Origin: an uncultured Gammaproteobacteria bacterium
GTDB taxonomy: Bacteria > Pseudomonadota > Gammaproteobacteria > UBA9214
Reading direction: 5' to 3'
DNA length: 64,000 bases
NCBI GenBank assembly: GCA_963748215.1
Contig: CAVVHS010000008.1
Coordinates: 462,297 to 526,296, forward strand
Position numbers and translations under genes: made by a program
The notes under the pieces: generated by a model
Database searches by the model: none
Told to the model about the DNA's origin: nothing
What the model saw: the letters and a program-made list of their open reading frames with translations, nothing else
In this document: positions 39,538 to 49,800 of the stretch, piece after piece
Layout: the number at the start of each line of letters is the position of its first letter
Numbering within the stretch: the first letter of the stretch is position 1

Positions 39538-41220
39538 TTAGGTCGTATTCTTCCACGAAGGAAATCTATGGATGACATTATCAATTTGCATCTGGATATC
39601 CTTGTCATCCCAATCAAGCAGATCTGCCATTAATTCCGCACATTCACGCAAAGCCGCCTCACCTGGGTTGCCACCGGTTGCCAGGTCTGTTCTTCGCAAG
39701 ACAACGTCTGTTAGATTGCGAGCCAGCTCAACATTGACAGCATACTTGACCTGAGCCCTGATGACCTGCGTACCATTTATCGGACTGGCAAGTTGTCGAT
39801 CATCCAATGCAAGATCAATGACATTTTTTACCTCTGTACCGTAATTGTGCACCATGGCACGGACGCATTCGATTGACAGACCGATGTCCTGATGTTGATA
39901 AACCTGATCAACCAGTAATTCAAAGTTATCAATATCACCGCCTGCGACAGGGATAGAGTCGGTCGCCGGCCGGCCGGCTTTCACACCAAGCTTGTTACAT
40001 ACAAGGTCAATGGCCTTTGCGGAATCACCCCTGGCAGTTGTATATCGGATGCCAATCAAAGTAACCAGCCCATCAATCCGGTCGGTTCTCGCATGATCGA
40101 CAAGAAGAGAACGTTTGCCATAACTCAGGTTCTCTTCGCCCTTCTCATTCTCGCCGAAAGGAACCAGACCGGCATTCCACATCTGCACATCGTCTGTTGT
40201 TAAATCCAGACCAGGATATGCCCAGTTTATTTCGTCTATAAATGCCTGAATCTCGGACTTTTCAACCGTAACTTCCTCAGGATGCTTATCCCAGACTACA
40301 TGCCAGACACCGACCAGGGTGTAATCCCGCCATGGGACCAGAAACAGGTGACGGGCTGGACGACTCAGCAATGCATCGGGATCCTTTGTTCGCCCCTGTA
40401 TTGCAATAGCATTGCGGCTACTGAAACGACGCTTGATGACAAAGCAGGCATCCCTCGAATAGGTCTCCTTCGCGGTTTTTACCTGTGCTATGGATTCTGA
40501 CAAAAACCACTCGCTCCAGGGGCCTGCTGCATTCAGTACAGCCCTGGAATTAATCCTGATCGTCTGGCCTGAATCCCTGTCAACGGCTTCAACACCAACG
40601 ACTGCGTCACCGTCCTTAAGCAGGTTGACAGCTTCAACATAGTTGGCGACATGTGCGCCTTGCTGTGCAGCTGATTTTATAAATGCCAGTACCAGTCGCG
40701 TTGGATTGTACATCTGGCCATCGTTAAATACTGCAGCACCGGTCAATTTGCTCTGTTCCAGGTCAGGGAATTCCTGCAGAGCTTCTTTTTTATTCAGGAA
40801 TTTTGTTAATGGAATGCGTCGCTCAGGATCTCGTATACCACGATTCCTTCCCAGGGTGAGCAAATCGTACAGCAGCATCCCTGCGCCAAGATACGGTTTT
40901 CCGGATTTTCCGTATCCGTAAGTAGGTATAAAGATAGGTAAAGGCTGCACAAGATGAGGCGCAATGCGCAACATTGCACTGCGCTCACGGCAGGAGGATC
41001 TCAAGCGGATAATGTCAGCATGCTGAAGGTATCTTATACCTCCATGGATCATCTTGAAGGAATTTGCCGACGTTCCGGAACAAAAGTCCTCCTTCTCAAT
41101 CAGGGCTACAGACAATCCCCTGAGGACTGCATCCCAGGCGGCGCAGGCGGCAAAGATCCCTCCACCAATAATCGTCAGATCGAAATGATTTTCTGTAAGA
41201 TTTTTGATTTCCTGACGCAA
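39538..41220 (-). CDS. GlpD-like FAD-dependent glycerol-3-phosphate dehydrogenase/oxidase family protein
   Basis: IIGGGI, SGTS..S.KMIHGGIRYL, NAAGPW, DVVLRRT; probable TTG start at 41220 with AAAGGA RBS. Confidence 0.85.
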   Translation of the reverse strand: MRQEIKNLTENHFDLTIIGGGIFAACAAWDAVLRGLSVALIEKEDFCSGTSANSFKMIHGGIRYLQHADIIRLRSSCRERSAMLRIAPHLVQPLPIFIPTYGYGKSGKPYLGAGMLLYDLLTLGRNRGIRDPERRIPLTKFLNKKEALQEFPDLEQSKLTGAAVFNDGQMYNPTRLVLAFIKSAAQQGAHVANYVEAVNLLKDGDAVVGVEAVDRDSGQTIRINSRAVLNAAGPWSEWFLSESIAQVKTAKETYSRDACFVIKRRFSSRNAIAIQGRTKDPDALLSRPARHLFLVPWRDYTLVGVWHVVWDKHPEEVTVEKSEIQAFIDEINWAYPGLDLTTDDVQMWNAGLVPFGENEKGEENLSYGKRSLLVDHARTDRIDGLVTLIGIRYTTARGDSAKAIDLVCNKLGVKAGRPATDSIPVAGGDIDNFELLVDQVYQHQDIGLSIECVRAMVHNYGTEVKNVIDLALDDRQLASPINGTQVIRAQVKYAVNVELARNLTDVVLRRTDLATGGNPGEAALRECAELMADLLDWDDKDIQMQIDNVIHRFPSWKNTT

Positions 41221-41265
41221 ATTAAATCCTTTTGTTCGCGCAAACAATGCGCCAAGTTTACGCAA

Positions 41266-41279
41266 TTGATGAATATCAA
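41266..41279. promoter_or_regulatory. FNR-type box
   Basis: TTGAT-GAAT-ATCAA, exact consensus, extended to ATTGAT..ATCAAT. Confidence 0.55.
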
Positions 41280-41358
41280 TCCAGAATGTGCAGATTTTAC
41301 CAGACTTTACCCTGACAGTGAGCCACGCTCACCCGAGCATGACAAATCGAAAATCACC

Positions 41359-44300
41359 TCAATTCACAGTGATAGTGAAGTCATGGGTAGTGGTACCTGC
41401 CAGGTTTTGCACCTGGACAGAAATATTATATGAACCAATGATCGTTGGCACCCAGTCAATGTTCCCGGTATCCGGATGAATGGTCATTCCGGCAGGCGCC
41501 GTCAACAGTGAAAACTCGGGGCTCGGATAACCCCTGGTTTCCAGCTGATATGCATACGGCACGCCCACCTCAGCCGTGGTTATGGCCTGCGATGTCGTCT
41601 GCGGCAATGTCTGGTTACAGGCAGGCAGGAAGGCGGCCAGTTGTTCAAACCAGACCGGAACCATCTTGTCGAACCCGACCTGGAGGGGATGAATACCGTC
41701 ATTATTCATATCGTCGATATAATTCAATGCACTCTCATGGTCAGCAATGGTGATGTTCTCACCATTGGCGACCCTCGCTGCAGCCATTGCCACAACGTTA
41801 TCATTGAACTGGGTAACCAACGGCTCATTGGGCACCTTGTTGATGATTCGCGCCTGAACAATCGAAATATTCGGATCAAAGGCATCAATAATCGTGTGCA
41901 GGTCCTCCACCCCGGCAGCCGAAGGATACGGGAACGACGGATCCTCATTCGTACCGATATGCAACAGGACCGCATCGGGTGGATTCTGCGTCAGCCACGT
42001 GTTTAGCGAAGCCGCAACACCCGAAATGGTAATCCCGCCATGGCCCTCGTGGTTTCGGTCGTGCGTGCCCGTGGAATCTGTTCTGGTACCGACAAAATCC
42101 ACGTTATAGCCCGCATCCACCAGGTCAAAGTAAAGCTGGGGGCGATAGCCCTGCATGTTAGTGATTGAATCACCCAGCGGCATGATTGCGACCGGCGATT
42201 CACAACCCCAGACACCGCGTCGCAGACCGACCGTGCCATCCTTGTAGTGGCGCGAGATTTCGGCAGGTGTCAATACACGACTGTGCAAAGCGAGCTCGTC
42301 AATGGTGCCCGCAAAATGGTAATCCGTGGCCGTGTCGTTCAGCCAGCCGATATTGAGCTCCGCCGCACCCGCGAAGTCCGCGGTATAAGCAACAGCTGCT
42401 GCCGCTTCCTCGACACCATCCACGTACAGGCGAATCTCGCCGCTAATCGCATCGCGCACCGCCACCAGGTGATGCCACTGCCCGTCGGCAATGTCGGTGG
42501 TTCCCAGTATCGTGGCACCAGTACCCCCGCTGTCAGTCAATGTAAAGGCGGCGATGCCGTTCTCACAGCCCAGCCACCAGTGCAGCTGGCTGCCTGTCTC
42601 ATGACGGCCCACAATGGATTCGCTACCGATACAGGCAGCACTCTTGTTGACCCAGGCCTCCAGAGAAAACCGGTCAGTAGTTGCCCAGTCAAACAGGCCG
42701 ACGTCCGGGACGTCGACAGCATTGCCAATGCCATCATATTGCTGCGCACCACTGACACGCCCGGACACGGGCGTCGGGCATGACACACAACCTGCCGTCA
42801 CTCCGGCAACAGTATCAGTGAAAGCAGATCCGGAAGTCTCGTTGAAAGGGAAATACAGATCCAAACCGCTCGGCAAAGATTTAAACTGGAAAAATGCTGT
42901 CTCGATCGCACTATCATTAAACCCTGCCAGAATTGCACGTGCCTTCAGCGTGGCGCTGACAGTCAGCAAGAATGGCCCTGTGTATTCATTGGTACTGGCC
43001 GTGGGATCACTGCCATCCAGGGTGTAGTATATCGTCGCACCGGGTGTATTACTCGCCAGCGTCACCAGCACTGAACTGCTGAATATCCCGCCATTCGGAG
43101 TGATCGTGGGCTTCTCCACTGTGGAGCCGGTCTCACGCCCACTCTCATCCGGTCCCAACCCCCCGTTGACCGTCGACGGGTCATACGCCGCATCCGTCGT
43201 CAGCACCACCTTGTCCACCACCGTCCCGGATTCGCGTACCCACACGTTCACCGTGTGCCCACCCGTTGTTGCAACATCCAGTGTCGCGCGTGCTTTCGAC
43301 GCCAGCTTGCCAACCCACACATAACCGCCCGCTGTCGGCACGGTCAGGTTCTCACCCGTCGCCAGCTCCTGACCGTCCAGACCCACATGCAACGAGTTCG
43401 AACTCGTCGACGGGCCCCATGCCCGCACCCATATATAGTGGGTCCCGGTCGTCACAAAATTCACCTGGTAGTCCAACTGCGGACTCAATGTCGAGTAATT
43501 AATGGAATGATTGGTCCTGTCCTCAGGCAAGGCCTGAAGTGCATCACTGCCCGAATACCCCGGATAACCCGCTCCCGCCGACAGCCACGCATGCCCATCC
43601 GGCGCCACCACGCTCGCGTGATAACTCTCCGCCTCCATCGACACCACACCCTGCGCTCCACCGTCCTGCTGGAAACCCGCACCGCTGCCCGCCGGCAACA
43701 CCGTCATCGCCACCGACGCACTGTCATTCCCCACCACCGGATCCGGCTCGTTCAGCCCGCTCACACTTGCCGTGTTCGTCAGCGTGGAACCGCCCGTCCC
43801 CGCCGCCACGCTCGCCATAATATGCAGCGTCCGCGTCTGACCATTCAACACACTGCCAACCGTCCACACACCACTGCCACTGTCATAAAACGTGCCCGAA
43901 CTGCCCGCATCATCACCCACATATGTCAGCCCCAACGGCAAGGCGTCCGTCAACACCACCCCTGTCGCATCCGACGGGCCGTTGTTCGTCACCGTCACCG
44001 CGTACTCAACCTGCTGTTCCTCCGCCGGTGTGGCCGTATCCACCGCCAGATCCACCGACAGGTCCACACTGCCCGCCGGCAATACCGTCACCGCCACCGA
44101 CGCACTGTCATTCCCCGCCACCGGGTCCGGCTCGTTCAGTCCGCTCACACTCGCCGTGTACGTCAGCGTGGATCCACCCGTACCCGCAGCCACGCTCGCC
44201 ATGATATGCAGCGTCCGCGTCTGGCCATTCAACACACCGCCGACCGCCCACACACCACCACCATAAAAAGTACCCGTCGACGCCGCATCGTCCCCCGCAT

Positions 44301-46454
44301 ACGTCAATCCCACCGGTAGGGTGGCCGTCAACACCACCCCCGTCGCATCCAGGGGACCGTTGTTCGTCACCGTCACCGTGTACTCAACACTCTGGCCTTC
44401 CACAACTTGCGTCGCCGCATCCACCATCAGGCCCACCGACAAATCCGCATCCGTCGGATCACCCTGCACACTTTGATCCGGTCCCAGGCCCCCATTGACC
44501 GTCGACGGGTCATACGCCGCATCCGTCGTCAGCACCACCTTGTCCACCACCGTCCCGGATTCGCGTACCCACACGTTCACCGTGTGCCCACCCGTTGTTG
44601 CAACATCCAGTGTCGCGCGTGCTTTCGACGCCAGCTTGCCAACCCACACATAACCGCCCGCTGTCGGCACGGTCAGGTTCTCACCCGTCGCCAGCTCCTG
44701 ACCGTCCAGACCCACATGCAACGAGTTCGAACTCGTCGACGGGCCCCATGCCCGCACCCATATATAGTGGGTCCCGGTCGTCACAAAATTCACCTGGTAG
44801 TCCAACTGCGGACTCAGGCTTGAATATCCCGTCGAATAATTAACCCTGTCCTCCGGTAATACCTGGAGCGCATCACTGCCCGAATACCCCGGATAAACCG
44901 AACCCGCCGACAGCCAGGCATGCCCATCCGGCGCCACCACGCTCGCGTGATAACTCTCCGCCTCCATCGACACCACACCCTGCGCTCCACCGTCCTGCTG
45001 GAAACCCGCACCGCTGCCCGCCGGCAACACCGTCATCGCCACCGACGCACTGTCATTCCCCACCACCGGATCCGGCTCGTTCAGCCCGCTCACACTTGCC
45101 GTGTTCGTCAGCGTGGAACCGCCCGTCCCCGCCGCCACGCTCGCCATAATATGCAGCGTCCGCGTCTGACCATTCAACACACTGCCAACCGTCCACACAC
45201 CACTGCCACTGTCATAAAACGTGCCCGAACTGCCCGCATCATCACCCACATATGTCAGCCCCAACGGCAAGGCGTCCGTCAACACCACCCCTGTCGCATC
45301 CGACGGGCCGTTGTTCGTCACCGTCACCGCGTACTCAACCTGCTGTTCCTCCGCCGGTGTGGCCGTATCCACCGCCAGATCCACCGACAGGTCCACACTG
45401 CCCGCCGGCAATACCGTCACCGCCACCGACGCACTGTCATTCCCCGCCACCGGGTCCGGCTCGTTCAGTCCGCTCACACTCGCCGTGTACGTCAGCGTGG
45501 ATCCACCCGTCCCGCAGCCACGCTTGCCGTAATAGCCAGACTCCGCGTCTGGCCGGTGCTCACACCACCCACCGTCCACACGCCACTGCCACTGTCATAA
45601 AACGTGCCTGTCGACGCTGCATCATCACCCACATACGCCAATCCCGCCGGCAAGGCAGACGTCAAGGCCACGCCCGTCGCACCCAGAGGGCCGTTGTTCG
45701 TTAGCGTCACCGTGTACACAACACTCTGCCCTTCCACCGGGGTCGCATCATCCACCACCAGACCCACCGACAGGTCCGCATCCGTCGGATCACCCTGCAC
45801 ACTTTGATCCGGTCCCAGGCCCCCATTGATCGTCGACGGGTCATACGCCGCATCCGTCGTCAGCACCACCTTGTCCACCACCGTCCCGGTCTCGCGTACC
45901 CAGACGTTCACCGTGTGCCCACCCGCCGTCGCAACATCCAGTGTCGCGCGTGCTTTCGACGCCAGCTTGCCCACCCACACATAACCACCTGACGCCTTCA
46001 CGGTCAGATTCTCGCCCGTTGCCAGCTCCTGACCGTCCAGACCCACATGCAACGAGTTCGAACTCGTCGACGGGCCCCATGCCCGCACCCATATATAGTG
46101 GGTCCCGGTCGTCACAAAATTCACCTGGTAGTCCAGCTGCGGACTCAGGCTTGAATATCCCGTCGAATAATTAACCCTGTCTTCCGGTAATACCTGGAGC
46201 GCATCGGTGCCCGAATACCCCGGATAACCCGCTCCCGCCGACAGCCAGGCATGCCCATCCGGCGCCACCACGCTCGTGTGGTAACTCTCCGCCTCCATCG
46301 ACACCACGCCCTGCGCTCCACCGTCCTGCTGAAAGGTGGCGCTGATTGCCAAGCTTGACGCAAGCATTAACATGGAAAATGCAATGAAATACATTGCAGT
46401 TCGCTTAACTGCCCGCAGAACACGAAGACAAATTATTGAATAACAACCAGACAT
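41359..46454 (-). CDS. Giant secreted protein A (~1700 aa): 3 CBM-like, 4 DUF11, chitobiase/Fn3-like, LamG, SGNH hydrolase and putative Ig domains; one frameshift near 45510
   Basis: ORFs 45492..46454 and 41359..45579 join if one base is restored; signal peptide ending AISA; TNNGP.DATGV (DUF11), WHHLVAVRD (LamG), GDS/G/N/DGIH (SGNH). Confidence 0.82.
41445..43487. repeat. ~2-kb near-identical direct repeat, copy 1
   Basis: Matches 47211-49257 at offset ~5766; shadow ORFs recur at this offset. Confidence 0.93.
43140..46334. repeat. ~1.33-kb internal tandem module (CBM-like + 2 DUF11), about 2.4 copies
   Basis: Module starts at 46334, 45003, 43674; same period in gene B (50775, 49443). Confidence 0.9.
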
Positions 46455-46803
46455 ATATCAGCCCTTACTGTTACGCGATTTATCTAATCGCGATATTCTT
46501 CATTGTTTTCCTTGAGATGAACCTGACAACAACTGTTGCACCATACCAAGGAAGTGTTTTTATCAATCCACAATGGAGCATGATACAGATTAATTATAGT
46601 ACTAATCACTGGAATAGCCGCATTCAATAAACTTTCCTTATGATTGAGGGGGACAGCAGTGAGTACTAATAATTAGGTATCTATATCGTCTCCGTTGCCA
46701 TCGCTCAACTCAATATTGCCTGCTACCGCCGTAATTCATATTCCGGATGTATCAAACCACCTCAGGCGACGCCCGTGTAACTTATTCATCCCTATTCTGT
46801 GAA

Positions 46804-49800
46804 TTACAGCGCGCAGCACGACGGTCCTGGCGGCGTACCCAGCAACGCTTTGACGGTCGTGAAGTCAGTAGGATCCACGATGCCGTTGCAGTTCAGGTCC
46901 TGATTCGGCGCCAGTGTCGACCCCAGGGTGGACTTCAGGAGTGTAAAATCAGTCGGATCCACGATGCCATTGCCATTGAAGTCCGCATCGCAGATGTTGC
47001 CGATACCATCTCCATCGGTATCGCACTGACTCAGGCCATTTACCGGACCGGCGAGCGGTCCATTGGCCACGTTGATGCAATTGTCCTGATCATCGGTGAT
47101 TCCGTCAAAATCGCTGTCCACAAGTGAGGTGACACTGATTGTAAAGTCATGCGTTATCGCACCTGCTGCGTTTTCAACCTGAACAGAAATATCAAATGAC
47201 CCGGTTGCCGTTGGCACCCAGTCAATGTTCCCGGTATCCGGATGAATGGTCATTCCGGCAGGCGCCGTCAACAGTGAAAAGTCAGGGCTCGGATAACCCC
47301 TGGTTTCCAGCTGATATGCATACGGCACGCCCACCTCAGCCGTGGTTATGGCCTGCGATGTCGTCTGCGGCAATGTCTGGTTACAGGCAGGCAGGAAGGC
47401 GGCCAGCTGTTCAAACCAGACCGGAACCATCTTGTCGAACCCGACCTGGAGGGGATGAATACCGTCATTATTCATATCGTCGATATAATTCAATGCACTC
47501 TCATGGTCAGCAATGGTGATGTTCTCACCATTGGCGACCCTCGCTGCAGCCATTGCCACAACGTTATCATTGAACTGGGTAACCAACGGCTCATTGGGCA
47601 CCTTGTTGATGATTCGCGCCTGAACAATCGAAATATTCGGATCAAAGGCATCAATAATCGTGTGCAGGTCCTCCACCCCGGCAGCGGAAGGATACGGGAA
47701 CGACGGATCCTCATTCGTACCGATATGCAACAGGACCGCATCGGGTGGATTCTGCGTCAGCCACGTGTTTAGCGAAGCCGCAACACCCGAAATGGTAATC
47801 CCGCCATGGCCCTCGTGGTTTCGGTCGTGCGTGCCCGTGGAATCTGTTCTGGTACCGACAAAATCCACGTTATAGCCCGCATCCACCAGGTCAAAGTAAA
47901 GCTGGGGGCGATAGCCCTGCATGTTAGTGATTGAATCACCCAGCGGCATGATTGCGACCGGCGATTCACAACCCCAGACACCGCGTCGCAGACCGACCGT
48001 GCCATCCTTGTAGTGGCGCGAGATTTCGGCAGGTGTCAATACACGACTGTGCAAAGCGAGCTCGTCAATGGTGCCCGCAAAATGGTAATCCGTGGCCGTG
48101 TCGTTCAGCCAGCCGATATTGAGCTCCGCCGCACCCGCGAAGTCCGCGGTATAAGCAACAGCTGCTGCCGCTTCCTCGACACCATCCACGTACAGGCGAA
48201 TCTCGCCGCTAATCGCATCGCGCACCGCCACCAGGTGATGCCACTGCCCGTCGGCAATGTCGGTGGTTCCCAGTATCGTGGCACCAGTACCCCCGCTGTC
48301 AGTCAATGTAAAGGCGGCGATGCCGTTCTCACAGCCCAGCCACCAGTGCAGCTGGCTGCCTGTCTCATGACGGCCCACAATGGATTCGCTACCGATACAG
48401 GCAGCACTCTTGTTGACCCAGGCCTCCAGAGAAAACCGGTCAGTAGTTGCCCAGTCAAACAGGCCGACGTCCGGGACGTCGACAGCATTGCCAATGCCAT
48501 CATATTGCTGCGCACCACTGACACGCCCGGGCGCCGGCGTCGGGCATGACACGCAACCTGCCGTTACTCCGGCAACAGTATCAGTGAAAGCAGATCCGGA
48601 AGTCTCGTTGAAAGGGAAATACAGATCCAACCCGCTCGGCAAGGGGTTTAACTGGAATATTGCCGTCTCAATAGCACTGTCAACAGACCCTGCCAAAATA
48701 GCACGCGCCTTCAGCGTGGCGCTGACAGTCAGCAAGAATGGCCCTGTGTATTCATTGGTACTGGCCGTGGGATCACTGCCATCCAGGGTGTAGTAAATCG
48801 TCGCACCGGGTGTATTACTCGCCAGCGTCACCAGCACTGAACTGCTGAATATTCCGCCATTCGGAGTGATCGTGGGCTTCTCCACTGTGGAGCCGGTCTC
48901 ACGCCCACTCTCATCCGGTCCCAACCCCCCGTTAACCGTCGACGGGTCATACGCCGCATCCGTCGTCAGCACCACCTTGTCCACCACCGTCCCGGATTCG
49001 CGCATCCACACGTTCACCGTGTGTGTGCCCGTTGTTGCAACATCCAGCGTCGCGCGCGCATTGCCCGCTACCACCCGGCTTACCCACACATAACCACCCG
49101 CTGCCGCCACGCTCATGTTCTCGCCCGTCGCCAGCTCCTGACCGTCCAGACCCACATGCAACGAGTTCGAACTCGTCGACGGGCCCCATGCCCGCACCCA
49201 TATATAGTGGGTCCCGGTCGTCACAAAATTCACCTGGTAGTCCAGCTGCGGACTCAGGCCCGAATACCCCGTCGAGTAAGTGACACTGTCTTCCGGCAAG
49301 GCCTGGAGCGCATCGCTGCCCGAATACCCGGCAAAAACCGAACCCGCCGACAGCCACGCATGCCCATCCGGCGCCACCACGCTCGCGTGGTAACTCTCCG
49401 CCTCCATCGACACCACACCCGCCGCTCCACCGTCCTGCTGGAAACTCGCACCCAGGTCCACCGCCACCGTCACATCCACCGACGCACTGTCGTTCCCCGC
49501 CACCGGGTCCGGCTCGGCCAGACTGCTCACACTCGCCGTGGTCATCAGCGTGGAGCCACCCGTCCCCGCATCCACGCTCGCCGTAATAGCCAGCGTCAGA
49601 ACCTGGCCGTTGGTCACGCCACCTACCGTCCACACGCCACTGCCACTGTCATAAAGCGTGCCCGTCACCGCCGCATCGTCACCCACATACGTCAGCCCCA
49701 CCGGCAAGGCAGCCGTCAATGCCACACCCGTCGCCGCCGCTGGCCCGTTATTCGTCACCGACACTGTGTACACTAACTGCTGACCTTCAGCCGGCGTCAA

